In this document: positions 1 through 9,944 of the stretch, one piece after another
How positions within the stretch are numbered: the stretch's first letter is position 1
Layout: each line of letters opens with the position of its first letter
Origin: Myxococcota bacterium
GTDB lineage: Bacteria > Myxococcota > XYA12-FULL-58-9 > JALHOP01
DNA: 38,077 nt
Assembly: GCA_041288095.1 (NCBI GenBank)
Contig: JBGGMJ010000152.1
Location: forward strand, 1-38,077
Reading direction: 5' to 3'
The notes under the pieces: model-generated
What the model was told of the DNA's origin: nothing
Databases searched by the model: none
Seen by the model: only the letters and a program-made list of their open reading frames with translations
Made by a program: the position numbers and the translations under genes

Positions 1-2
1 GA

Positions 3-17
3 CCGCAAGATTTGCGG
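3..17. promoter_or_regulatory. Palindromic enhancer-like site CCGCA-AGATT-TGCGG just upstream of the sigma54 regulator
   Basis: Perfect 5-5-5 inverted repeat resembling the GCGCA-N5-TGCGC motif at 4422, 4452, 7980, 8010, 11393 and 11423. A partner site 30 bp upstream would lie outside the window. Confidence 0.55.
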
Positions 18-29
18 CGGGAGATGCGC

Positions 30-1421
<1,392 letters not shown>

Positions 1422-1458
1422 CGATCGACCCTTGTGTCGCGGCGTCTTTTTCTGATGA

Positions 1459-2613
1459 GTGGCGCCTATGGTGGAAACGCTGTTTGCGGAGCTCAAACGC
1501 TACGTGGGTTTCGGACCCGACGATGAGCACGCTCTGCGGCGCCTGCACACCCTCGTGTCGCCCGACTTCGTGCGCATCGCCGAGATTTTCTACGACCGTA
1601 TCCTGACGCACGAAGGGGCGCGCACCGCGCTCGAAGGCGGTGAGAGCGTCGTTGGCCGCCTCAAGATCACGCTAGTCGCGTGGATGGACAAGCTGCTCAG
1701 CGGGCCGTGGGACGAGGAGTATTTCGATCTGCGCTGCCGTATCGGCCGCGTGCACGTTCGCATCAAATTGCCGCAGCACTACATGTTCGGTGCCATGAAC
1801 GTACTGCGCCAGCAGCTGAACCAGCGCGTCGACGAGCACTACTCCGCGCATGCCGACGATCTGCGGGCGGCGCGGCTCGCCATCGGCATGATCCTCGACC
1901 TCGAGCTCGCCATCATGCTGCACACCTACCGCGAGGATCTCTTGGCGCAGCAGTCGCGGCAGGAACGACTCGCGACTTTCGGTCAACTCGTGGGCTCGCT
2001 CGGCCACGAGCTGCGCAATCCACTCGGCGTCATCGAATCGTCGCTCTTCATCCTAAAAGGACGCATGAGCCCCGACGAGCGCTACGACAAGCACGTCAAG
2101 CGTATTGGCGAGCAGCTCGACATCGCGAACAAGATCATCACTGACCTGCTCGACATGATCCGCGACAAGCAACTGAGTCGCGAGAAGTTATCGCTGTCCG
2201 AAGTCGTCTATGGCGTCGTCGCGCGCGTCAACCACCCCGAAGCGGTCGAGCTGAAAGTAGGGGGGCTGGAACATCTTCCCGAGATCCAGGGTGACTCCGG
2301 TCAGTTGCAGCAGGTCTTCCTCAATCTCATAGAAAACGCCATCCAGGCCACTGCGCCGAGCGGCGTCGTCGAGGTAACGGGCGCCCGACACGAGAACTAC
2401 ATCGAGGTCGTGGTCGCGGACGACGGCCCCGGCGTGGACACCGACACCCGCGAACGCCTCTTCGAGCCCTTGGTCACCACAAAAGCGAAAGGTGTCGGAC
2501 TCGGCCTCGCGCTCGTCAAGCGCATCGTCGAGCGTCATGGCGGACAGGTCCGGTACGAACCGAATCAACCCCAGGGGGCGCGCTTCATCGTTCGTCTGGC
2601 AACGGGCGAATAG
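1459..2613 (+). CDS. nmpU: Globin-coupled (protoglobin) O2-sensor histidine kinase; AfGcHK/NmpU-like
   Basis: N-terminal sensor globin ([23 protein letters not shown]), H-box GHELRNP, NLIENA, DDGPG, GVGLGL. Counting from GTG 1459 gives Tyr45, His99 and His183, the numbering reported for the distal Tyr, heme ligand and phospho-His of AfGcHK. Alternative ATG at 1468. Confidence 0.93.
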   Translation: MAPMVETLFAELKRYVGFGPDDEHALRRLHTLVSPDFVRIAEIFYDRILTHEGARTALEGGESVVGRLKITLVAWMDKLLSGPWDEEYFDLRCRIGRVHVRIKLPQHYMFGAMNVLRQQLNQRVDEHYSAHADDLRAARLAIGMILDLELAIMLHTYREDLLAQQSRQERLATFGQLVGSLGHELRNPLGVIESSLFILKGRMSPDERYDKHVKRIGEQLDIANKIITDLLDMIRDKQLSREKLSLSEVVYGVVARVNHPEAVELKVGGLEHLPEIQGDSGQLQQVFLNLIENAIQATAPSGVVEVTGARHENYIEVVVADDGPGVDTDTRERLFEPLVTTKAKGVGLGLALVKRIVERHGGQVRYEPNQPQGARFIVRLATGE

Positions 2614-2615
2614 CC

Positions 2616-3320
2616 ATGCGTCACTATCTGATCGTCGACGACAACAAGGCGTTCGCCGAAAACCTGGCTGACATTCTTCTCGACGGTGGCGCCAAGGCGA
2701 CCATCGCGACGAGCGGTACAGAGGCACTCGAGATCGCCGCGCGCACACGCTTCGACGCTCTTCTGTCCGACATGCGCATGCCGGGCATGGACGGCGCCGA
2801 GCTGGTGCATCGCATGCGCCGCATCGATCCTGGGCTGCCCGCCATCGTCGCGACCGCTTACACGAGTGACGACGACTTGACGCGGGCCCGTGCCGAAGGG
2901 CTACTGGCGGTGCTGCCGAAGCCGCTGCCGATTCCGGCGCTCCTGACCTTGCTCACCCAGGCGCGCCGCGACGGCTTGGTGGCGTTGATCGAGGACGACC
3001 TCGCGCTCGCCGACAACATCAGCGAGCTGCTCCGCGATCGCGGCTTCTCGACGGTGACCGCCACGTCGGTGCTCGAGACCGAGCAGCTCAGCTCCGTGAA
3101 GCCGTTCGCCGCGCTCGTGGACATGCGGATTCCGGGCGGCGCCGACGGGGTCGCGATGCTGCGACTCGCGAGCCGCTATCCCGGACTACCGATCATCGTG
3201 ATGACCGCGTATCCAGATGCGCGTCCACCGGTGGAAACGCAAGCCTACCTACCGAAGCCCTTCAACACCGCGCTGCTCATCGAGACCGTCGAACGGCAGT
3301 ATCGCGCCGCCATCTCATGA
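2616..3320 (+). CDS. nmpT: Tandem double-REC response regulator (NmpT-like / AfGcHK cognate RR)
   Basis: Two receiver domains and no output domain: YLIVDD...SDMRMP (Asp52) and LIEDD...VDMRIP (Asp169), each followed by a KP motif. Asp52/Asp169 match the phospho-acceptors reported for the AfGcHK partner. Confidence 0.9.
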   Translation: MRHYLIVDDNKAFAENLADILLDGGAKATIATSGTEALEIAARTRFDALLSDMRMPGMDGAELVHRMRRIDPGLPAIVATAYTSDDDLTRARAEGLLAVLPKPLPIPALLTLLTQARRDGLVALIEDDLALADNISELLRDRGFSTVTATSVLETEQLSSVKPFAALVDMRIPGGADGVAMLRLASRYPGLPIIVMTAYPDARPPVETQAYLPKPFNTALLIETVERQYRAAIS

Positions 3321-4405
3321 AGACGCAGCGAGTGCTCATCGTCGACGACAACGCGAGTCTCGTTGACAACCTCAGGGACGTGCTGGCCGACGAAGCCTAC
3401 GACGTCGTCGCCGTCTCGAGCTGCGCCGAAGCCCTCGAGGCCGCGCACAAGGGGTTTCAGGTCGCGGTGGTCGACGTGCGGCTGCCCGATGGGAACGGGA
3501 CAGAGCTTGCCGGTCGACTCAAGGAGACGAGCCCCGACAGCGAGGTGATCTTGCTGACCGGCTTCGCGACGGTCGAGTCCGCCGCCGCGGCGGTGAGCGC
3601 GGGGGCATGGGCTTACCTCGTCAAGCCGTATGCCACGCCCGACCTGCTGCTGGTCATTGGCCAAGCGATGCGTCACGTCGAGCTGCAAGAGGAAAAACGC
3701 GAGCTCACGCAGCGCACTCAGATCGCCGAGCGGCTCGCCATGGTCGGCACCATGACGGCCGGCTTGTCGCACGAGATTCGCAATCCACTGAACGCCGCGC
3801 TCCTGCAGCTCACGCTCGCCGAGCGGCGAATCGGCCAGCTCGACGCGTCCAAGCGCGACCCGATCCTCGAGCCGCTGGGCATCGTCCGGAGTGAGATCCA
3901 GCGCCTCAACCGTATCGTCGACGACTTCTTGGCCTTCGCCCGGCCCCGCGAAGTCCAGCGCCTCCCTGTCGAGCTCCACACGCTCTTCGACAAGTGTTTC
4001 GACCTGCTGACCGCCGCGGCGAACGAGCAAGGCATCGCGCTCGTGAAGGACGCGCCGTCGTCGCTGCGCATCGTTGGAGACGAGGGCCGCTTGCATCAGG
4101 TCTTGATGAACCTCCTGCTGAACGCCCTCCAAGCCACCCCCCGTGGGGGCACGGTGACCCTACGCGCCGAAGCCACCGACCGCGAATGGGTCACGATCAA
4201 CGTCGACGATAGCGGCCCCGGGGTCCCGCCCGACAAGCGCGACCGCATCTTCGAGCCGTTCTTTACCACCAAGGACACTGGCTCGGGTCTCGGCTTGCCG
4301 CTCGTCCACTCCACAGTTTCACAGCACGGTGGCGTCGTGCGGGTCGCCAGCTCCCCGGAGGGCGGAGCACGCTTCGCCCTGACGCTTCCGCGCGCAGGCT
4401 CCTAG
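3317..4405 (+). CDS. nmpS: Hybrid REC-HisKA-HATPase kinase (NmpS-like)
   Basis: N-terminal REC (VLIVDD, VDVRLP, KP), H-box SHEIRNP, NLLLNA, DSGPG, FFTTK, GSGLGL. ATGA overlap with the upstream RR. Confidence 0.9.
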   Translation: MKTQRVLIVDDNASLVDNLRDVLADEAYDVVAVSSCAEALEAAHKGFQVAVVDVRLPDGNGTELAGRLKETSPDSEVILLTGFATVESAAAAVSAGAWAYLVKPYATPDLLLVIGQAMRHVELQEEKRELTQRTQIAERLAMVGTMTAGLSHEIRNPLNAALLQLTLAERRIGQLDASKRDPILEPLGIVRSEIQRLNRIVDDFLAFARPREVQRLPVELHTLFDKCFDLLTAAANEQGIALVKDAPSSLRIVGDEGRLHQVLMNLLLNALQATPRGGTVTLRAEATDREWVTINVDDSGPGVPPDKRDRIFEPFFTTKDTGSGLGLPLVHSTVSQHGGVVRVASSPEGGARFALTLPRAGS

Positions 4406-4421
4406 AGCGCAAACGCCGGCG

Positions 4422-4466
4422 GCGCAAAATCTGCGTCTTGAGCCCAAAGGCGCGCAACTGCTGCGC
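4422..4466. promoter_or_regulatory. Tandem enhancer (UAS) pair for a sigma54 activator
   Basis: GCGCA-AAATC-TGCGT (4422-4436) and GCGCA-ACTGC-TGCGC (4452-4466), 30 bp apart, upstream of a GG-N10-GC promoter. Confidence 0.7.
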
Positions 4467-4507
4467 CACGAGCGGGCAGGAACCCTGTTTCGACGCGCCT
4501 GCGATGT

Positions 4508-4523
4508 CGGCACGTTCGCTGCA
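4508..4523 (+). promoter_or_regulatory. Sigma54 -24/-12 promoter
   Basis: CGGCACGTTCGCTGCA: GG at 4509-10, N10, GC at 4521-22. Predicted +1 is near 4534, just before ATG 4537. Confidence 0.7.
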
Positions 4524-4536
4524 GTCATGTTCGATC

Positions 4537-5856
4537 ATGATGATCACCGCACTTGCTTTCACGGACCGGGACGACAAGCCCATCGCGGCAACGCGTGCCA
4601 TCGCCAAGCGCCTTGGCGAGCCGGTGCTGCTGGTTCATGCGCTCGCGCCCCTGAGCCGCGCATCCGACGCCGCGGCCGACCGTCGCGCCCAAGCGGTCGA
4701 CCGCCTGCTCGCTATCGCGGAAGATCTCCGACGCGGCGGCATCGACGTGCAACCCGAGCTCCTCGACGGAGATATCGTCGGTGCGATCCACGACTGCGCG
4801 AGCCGCGTCCGCCCGAGCATGGTCATCATCGGCGGCCGTGACGGCGAGCCCTACCAGGGCACCAACCACGTCGCTGACCGCCTCTCGCGTCGCCTGCCCT
4901 GCCCTTTTCTCGTGACAGGTCGTGGCGGCGCACTGGTCGACGGGAGCCCCGCGACCCAGCGCCTGCGTGCCTTCGTCGCTCTCGACCGGACCCCGGCGAG
5001 CGATGCCGCGATCGCCCAACTGCGCGAGCTGCGCGCCCTCATGCCGCTAGACGTCGATGTGGCGAGCTTCTACTGGCCGCCGGACGAGCAAGCGCGCCTC
5101 GACCTTCCGCGCTCGATGAACCTGGAGCCCGACCCCGTGGCTGAAGGCCTCATCGCGGGGGAGCTGCGCCAGCGCATCGGCGAGCTGCCGGGCGAGGGTC
5201 GGTTGACCGTCAAAGTGATTCCCCTGCTCGGAACCATCGGTCTGCAAATCCCGCTGGAAGCCAAGAAGCACGGCGCTGACTTCGTGCTCGTCGGCTCGCA
5301 TCAACGGAGCGCCTTCGGCGGCATCCTGCATGGCTCCGCGACACAACAGCTGCTGCGCGATTGCGAAACGCCCGTCCTCTTCGCGCCACTCGCGGCCCGC
5401 GGCCCGCGCGGCAAGGTCTCGGAGCCCCGCCGCATCTTGGTGGCGACCGATCTCTCCGACTTCGGCAACCGCGCCATCGCCTACGCCTACGAATACTTTC
5501 GCAACGACGGCGGCAGTGTCGAGCTGATGCACGTGCTGAGCTCCGATTCCGCGACGCGGCTGCGCGCCACGATGGATCGTTCGCAGCGCTTCCTCAGCCA
5601 GCCGACCGACCTCGCGACGACCATGTTGCAAGGGCTCGCTCCCGAGTGCGCCGACACCTACGACATCAGCTCGCAGGTGCGCGTCGAAGCCGGCGAAGAT
5701 GTCGCACGCCATATCGTCGACCGCGCCACGGCCATCCACGCCGACGCCATCTGCATGGCGAGCCACGGCTCCGGCTGGGTTGCCGGCGCTCTCGGCGGTT
5801 CGGTCGTTCACGAAGTCTTACGTTTGGCGGACCGCCCGGTCCTGTTGGTGCGGTGA
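4537..5856 (+). CDS. Multi-domain (3x) universal stress protein
   Basis: Three USP-like units (VLLVHAL...PFLV; AFVALDR...HGSATQQLLR; ILVATDLS...GSVVHEVLRLADRPVLLVR). Start placed at ATG 4537/4540, after the sigma54 promoter. Confidence 0.85.
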   Translation: MMITALAFTDRDDKPIAATRAIAKRLGEPVLLVHALAPLSRASDAAADRRAQAVDRLLAIAEDLRRGGIDVQPELLDGDIVGAIHDCASRVRPSMVIIGGRDGEPYQGTNHVADRLSRRLPCPFLVTGRGGALVDGSPATQRLRAFVALDRTPASDAAIAQLRELRALMPLDVDVASFYWPPDEQARLDLPRSMNLEPDPVAEGLIAGELRQRIGELPGEGRLTVKVIPLLGTIGLQIPLEAKKHGADFVLVGSHQRSAFGGILHGSATQQLLRDCETPVLFAPLAARGPRGKVSEPRRILVATDLSDFGNRAIAYAYEYFRNDGGSVELMHVLSSDSATRLRATMDRSQRFLSQPTDLATTMLQGLAPECADTYDISSQVRVEAGEDVARHIVDRATAIHADAICMASHGSGWVAGALGGSVVHEVLRLADRPVLLVR

Positions 5857-6704
5857 TGAAGAAATACTATCTCCGAAGCTTTCTGGGTCTCGTCCTGCTC
5901 GCTGGAGCAGTGTTCCTCCGACTCACGCCGCGCTCCGGTGTCGACGCCACGGCGTCGGTGATGAAGAGCTACACGCCCTTCTCCCAACACAGCGTGCATC
6001 GTCGCGGCTGCCTCGACCCAGCCTCGAGGGAGCTCGACCGCGACGTCGACGTCGTACGCCTGTCGGTGAACGAAGAGACCACCCTGCTGATCACGCTGCG
6101 CGGCAATGACGGGCTCGAACCAGGCTTCGTGGTGACAGCCGACGAGGGCGCCGCCGCGACCCAGAGCTGGATGCGTGAAATCGGTTCGCGCACGGGAGAG
6201 TCTTTCTCTGCGACGGTCGTGCTGCCGACGGCCGGCGCGTATTCGTTCGTTATAGCAGACCGGCGCGAGCTCACAGGCAACGAGATGACGGCAGGCAAGG
6301 GCTGCTTCACGGCCGACTTCCAGCCAACCGCGCCGCCTTCGATCCAAACCCTGCCCTTCGTTTGGCGGGGCACGCTCGGCGTCCCGGCGGCGTTCTCGGT
6401 GCCACGCCGTGGGCGTGACTTGACGCTCGTCGAGGTGACGCACACGGGAGGCGACGGCGTGATCTTGGTGTCCGTTTTCGAAGACAAGCAATACATGCGC
6501 AGCTTGACCGTGGCGCCCAAGCGCAACGCGCGGGTTCTGGTCACGAGCCGCGCCGAAAACGCCCGCATCCTCGTGGAAGAGGCGGCCAACTGGGGTCGTG
6601 AGCCGCTGCGCGCCATGGTGCGTTCGGTCCCCCATTCCATTGCGCCCGACGCGGAGCCGGCGGGCACCGCGCCCGATCGCTTCGCGACCGCTGAAGGCGA
6701 GTAG
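5856..6704 (+). CDS. Exported/membrane-anchored hypothetical protein, possible PPC-like beta domain
   Basis: TGATG overlap with the USP stop. N-terminus MKKYYLRSFLGLVLLAGAVFL is signal/TM-like. DVDVVRLSV...LPTAGAYSFVIAD resembles pre-peptidase C-terminal (PPC) domains. Confidence 0.6.
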   Translation: MKKYYLRSFLGLVLLAGAVFLRLTPRSGVDATASVMKSYTPFSQHSVHRRGCLDPASRELDRDVDVVRLSVNEETTLLITLRGNDGLEPGFVVTADEGAAATQSWMREIGSRTGESFSATVVLPTAGAYSFVIADRRELTGNEMTAGKGCFTADFQPTAPPSIQTLPFVWRGTLGVPAAFSVPRRGRDLTLVEVTHTGGDGVILVSVFEDKQYMRSLTVAPKRNARVLVTSRAENARILVEEAANWGREPLRAMVRSVPHSIAPDAEPAGTAPDRFATAEGE

Positions 6705-6723
6705 ACAAACGGAGGAGGAAGTC

Positions 6724-7314
6724 ATGACGAAGGAAGACAGCGCACGCGTCCTCATCGTGTTCGCGACCTGGCATGGACAGACCGAGCGTATCGCGCACAA
6801 GCTCGCCGCGTCGGCGCGGCGTCGGGGCTACGCGACCGAGGTGCAGTCATCCGAAGACGCCTGGTCGAGGCAGGACCTCGCGTGCTTCGATCGCGTCGTC
6901 GTCTGCGCGGGCGTCCACATGCAGGAGCATCATCGTGAGGCGGAGACGTTCGTGACCACGCACCTCGCCACGCTGGAGTCACGGCCGTCGGCGTTCGTGT
7001 CGGTGAGCCTGGCGGCGGGGGCGCCGGCCGGTACGTCGGATCGCGTCGGGATCGAAAGAGTCGTCAACGCGTTTCTCGACCAGACGAGCTGGTCACCGGA
7101 GAAAGTCATCCTCGCCGCGGGTGCTTTGCACTACACGCAATACGGCTTTCTCACGCGATGGTTCATGCGTCGCATCTCCGCGAAACACGGCGGACCGACC
7201 GACACGTCCCGCGATCACGAGATGACGGATTGGGCGCTGCTCGAGCGCGACGCGGCTTCGTTCTTTCCGGAAGTGACCCGTTCCGAGCCGACGTCGCTCG
7301 CCGCCGGAACGTGA
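6724..7314 (+). CDS. hemG: Menaquinone-dependent protoporphyrinogen IX oxidase (flavodoxin-like)
   Basis: VLIVFATWHGQTERIA FMN-binding loop, FVSVSLAA, AGALHYTQYGF..R..MRRI, GGPTDTSRDHEMTDW. Strong SD GGAGGAGG before ATG 6724. Confidence 0.85.
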   Translation: MTKEDSARVLIVFATWHGQTERIAHKLAASARRRGYATEVQSSEDAWSRQDLACFDRVVVCAGVHMQEHHREAETFVTTHLATLESRPSAFVSVSLAAGAPAGTSDRVGIERVVNAFLDQTSWSPEKVILAAGALHYTQYGFLTRWFMRRISAKHGGPTDTSRDHEMTDWALLERDAASFFPEVTRSEPTSLAAGT

Positions 7315-7946
7315 GCAAGCTCGCTCACGAACAACATCGGCTTGGCGGCCTCCGCGAATGGCCAGGCCGTCCGCGCTTCGAGCAGGCGGGCATCGAGGAC
7401 GACGAGGTCATGGTCGTGCCCCTGGTACGAGGCCGAGACATCACAGGCTAGAACCCGTTGCAGCGCCTGCGCTTCCCGTAGCATCGCGTCGTCCGCTTTG
7501 GCGTTGAGGCCGGCCGCGACCAAGACGCGAAATGGCTCGTGCTCGAGTAACACGCGCAGCAGCTCGCCGGAATGCGGGACACACAGCACTGGGACCCCCA
7601 GCGCGTCGACCAGGTGGCGTGCCTTACGGCGCTGACCGAGGCCTCGCGCGTCACTTGGAGCGGGTCCGCCGATGATGACGAGCCTGGGACACACGCGTCG
7701 CGCGTAGTCGGTGAGCGCCGTCGTCGGATCGCCGCGCAAAAGCACGTGGTAGGCATCGGCGCCGAAGCGGGTGATCTCGTGTGTCGCGCGGTCGAGCATC
7801 TCGCGCATCACTTGCGGCGACGGTTCGTCGTGCTCGAGCACGTGCGCCAGGATGATGGTCTCCCCCATGCGCTTGGCGAGCATGCCCGCGAGCTCGCGCG
7901 CCTCGTGATCATGGGGCTCCAACGCGGTTGCAACGATGATCGCCAT
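7215..7946 (-). CDS. Universal stress protein (one clear plus one degenerate domain)
   Basis: MAIIVATAL...ILAHVLE...GDPTTAL...LVIIGG...VPVLCVP, SD GGAGA. The 3' end overlaps hemG by 100 nt. Confidence 0.7.
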   Translation of the reverse strand: MAIIVATALEPHDHEARELAGMLAKRMGETIILAHVLEHDEPSPQVMREMLDRATHEITRFGADAYHVLLRGDPTTALTDYARRVCPRLVIIGGPAPSDARGLGQRRKARHLVDALGVPVLCVPHSGELLRVLLEHEPFRVLVAAGLNAKADDAMLREAQALQRVLACDVSASYQGHDHDLVVLDARLLEARTAWPFAEAAKPMLFVSELAHVPAASDVGSERVTSGKNEAASRSSSAQSVIS

Positions 7947-7979
7947 GGCTCGTCTCCAGAGTTTCGTCGCTTGGGTTTC

Positions 7980-8024
7980 GCGCAGTCTCTGCGCGCCGCC
8001 ACCATGACGACGCGAAGTCTGCGC
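7980..8024. promoter_or_regulatory. Tandem enhancer (UAS) pair
   Basis: GCGCA-GTCTC-TGCGC (7980-7994) and ACGCG-AAGTC-TGCGC (8010-8024), again 30 bp apart. Confidence 0.65.
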
Positions 8025-8066
8025 GGATCCAGTCGCGGAAGCCGCTGCTTCCTATCGGTATGCATG

Positions 8067-8083
8067 CGGCACGCCACGTGCCA
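8067..8083. promoter_or_regulatory. Palindromic sigma54 -24/-12 element readable on both strands
   Basis: GGCACG-CCA-CGTGCC (8068-8082). Plus strand reads CGGCACGCCACGTGC and minus strand TGGCACGTGGCGTGC; both are GG-N10-GC. Confidence 0.5.
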
Positions 8084-8089
8084 TGGACG

Positions 8090-9490
8090 TCAGACCCGCA
8101 GTCGATCACCGCGCGCCGGAATAGTGACGGGAGCGAATCCGCGGCTCACCAGCAGCTCGCGAAGCCGCTGCTGCGCCGGGAGCTCGCCATGCACCAGCGC
8201 CACCGGCCCCACTTTACCCTCGGCGCGCACGGCTTCCGCGAACGCGATCAGCTCACTTTGATCGGCATGAGCGCTGAAGCCGTTGAGCACGACGACCTCG
8301 GCCTTGCGGTCGTGCATGAGGCCGAAGATACGAACCTCATCGCGGCCTTCGACGAGGCGTCGTCCGAGAGTGTGCTGCGCTTGAAAGCCAACGATGACGA
8401 CGATGTTCTTGCGGTCGGAGATGGTCGCGCGGAGATGATGCAGAACGCGCCCTGCCTCACACATGCCGCTCGCCGAGATAATGACGGCTGGATCCGACGA
8501 CGCGCTGAGCGCCCGCGACTCCTCGACATCGCTGACGTAACGCAACCCGGGGACTTCGAACGGTCCGTCGGCTTTCTCGAAGAGGCGCGATGTCTCCTCG
8601 TCGTAACAGTCGGGATGAAGCTTGAACACGTCGGTGACTTTGACGGTCAGCGGCGAGTCGATGAAGATCGGGACCTCGGGCAAGCGTCGGGCCACGTGAA
8701 GCCGATGAAGAACGTGAATGAGCTCCTGGGCCCGCTCCAACGCGAAGGCCGGAATGATGACCTTGCCCCCGCGTGTCACGGCACGACGGATGACGATCTC
8801 CAGCTCGTCTTCCATGGCGGACAACGGCGGATGCAGGCGGTCGCCATAGGTGCTTTCGAGGATCAGAGCGTCGGCGCCGCCGGGGATCTCGGGATCTCGA
8901 AGAATGGGCATGCTGTTGCGCCCCAAATCCCCGGAGAACACCAAGCGCCGGTGACCCAAACGAGTGGTGCAGTCGAGCGCGATGCTGGAGCTACCCAAGA
9001 CGTGCCCGGCATCGTGAAAGGTGAAGGCAACGCCGTCGCCTATCGCGTGGCGCTTGCGGTAAGGGACGCTCACCATGGCTTTCACGGCGGCGGTCGCGTC
9101 GTGTCGACTATAGAGAGGCTCGACGGGCTCGACCTCGGGGTTGAGACGCGCGATGCGCGCGACGGTACGTGCATCGGCCTCCTGGATGACCGCGGCATCT
9201 TCCAGCATCACCGCGCACAGGTCGCGGGTCGCGGGAGTCACGTAGATCGGCCCCACGAACCCGCGCTTCACTAACAACGGCAGGGCGCCCGAGTGGTCGA
9301 TATGCGCATGCGAGACGATCACCGCGTCGATGCGCAATGGGTCGAGCGGTAGGTTTCGGTTGCGCTCGAAGGCTTCGCGGCGACGCCCTTGGAAGAGACC
9401 GCAATCCAAGAGCAGCGTCATCGATGCCGTATGCACGAGGTGCATCGAGCCGGTGACCGTTTGCGCGGCGCCTAGAAATTCGACTTCCAT
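8090..9490 (-). CDS. Metallo-beta-lactamase/beta-CASP family nuclease (YSH1/TTHA0252-like RNase)
   Basis: FLGAAQTVTGS, LLDCG, HAHIDHSG, AGHVLGS, FSGDLG, ESTYG, SASGMCEAGR, FSAHAD, LVHGE. Confidence 0.92.
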   Translation of the reverse strand: MEVEFLGAAQTVTGSMHLVHTASMTLLLDCGLFQGRRREAFERNRNLPLDPLRIDAVIVSHAHIDHSGALPLLVKRGFVGPIYVTPATRDLCAVMLEDAAVIQEADARTVARIARLNPEVEPVEPLYSRHDATAAVKAMVSVPYRKRHAIGDGVAFTFHDAGHVLGSSSIALDCTTRLGHRRLVFSGDLGRNSMPILRDPEIPGGADALILESTYGDRLHPPLSAMEDELEIVIRRAVTRGGKVIIPAFALERAQELIHVLHRLHVARRLPEVPIFIDSPLTVKVTDVFKLHPDCYDEETSRLFEKADGPFEVPGLRYVSDVEESRALSASSDPAVIISASGMCEAGRVLHHLRATISDRKNIVVIVGFQAQHTLGRRLVEGRDEVRIFGLMHDRKAEVVVLNGFSAHADQSELIAFAEAVRAEGKVGPVALVHGELPAQQRLRELLVSRGFAPVTIPARGDRLRV

Positions 9491-9506
9491 GATGTCACCA
9501 GATCAT

Positions 9507-9944
9507 TCAGTTGCCGTCTTGGCGTCCGGAAGTAGCATGGCAGTAGAGACAAGCCCCAGTGACCGAGCGCGCCAAGCTCACGTCTGGGACCGGCGCTTCG
9601 ACCTGGGAAAGGGAGAGCTTGATGTCGCGGCGGAAGGTATCGGCCCGCTCGGCCAGCATCGGGTGATTCGTCGCCGTGGCGATGGGCAAGCGAGCGGCCG
9701 CCTCATCGAGCTCGCGCAGAGCCACGATGACGGCCTCGCGATCGACGGCGCTCCCGTCTTTCGGGTTCAAGCCGCGATCGAGAGCGGCGACGCCGGCGGC
9801 GAATCGCCACATCACGGTGTTGAGCTCCCGTCGCTCGACGTAGACGAAGCTCGGCGGATAGGTGATCCGGCGAAACTCGGGCGCTCCGCAGGCAACGACC
9901 GCTAAAGAAGACAAGATCAGCCACGGTTTCACGTGCGCCCTCAT
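9507..9944 (-). CDS. Lipoprotein monoheme class II (four-helix-bundle) cytochrome c
   Basis: Lipobox LAVVA-C, helical body, CLYCH near the C-terminus. ATG 9944 overlaps the USP stop (ATGA). Confidence 0.75.
   Translation of the reverse strand: MRAHVKPWLILSSLAVVACGAPEFRRITYPPSFVYVERRELNTVMWRFAAGVAALDRGLNPKDGSAVDREAVIVALRELDEAAARLPIATATNHPMLAERADTFRRDIKLSLSQVEAPVPDVSLARSVTGACLYCHATSGRQDGN

Noticed and set aside
4438..4536. N-terminal extensions in the ORF track (starts at 4438, 5361, 6598, 11398, 12179, 16690, 21150, 29656)
   Set aside because: They run through promoters, enhancers or neighbouring genes. SD sites, stop/start overlaps, lipoboxes and domain boundaries support later starts.
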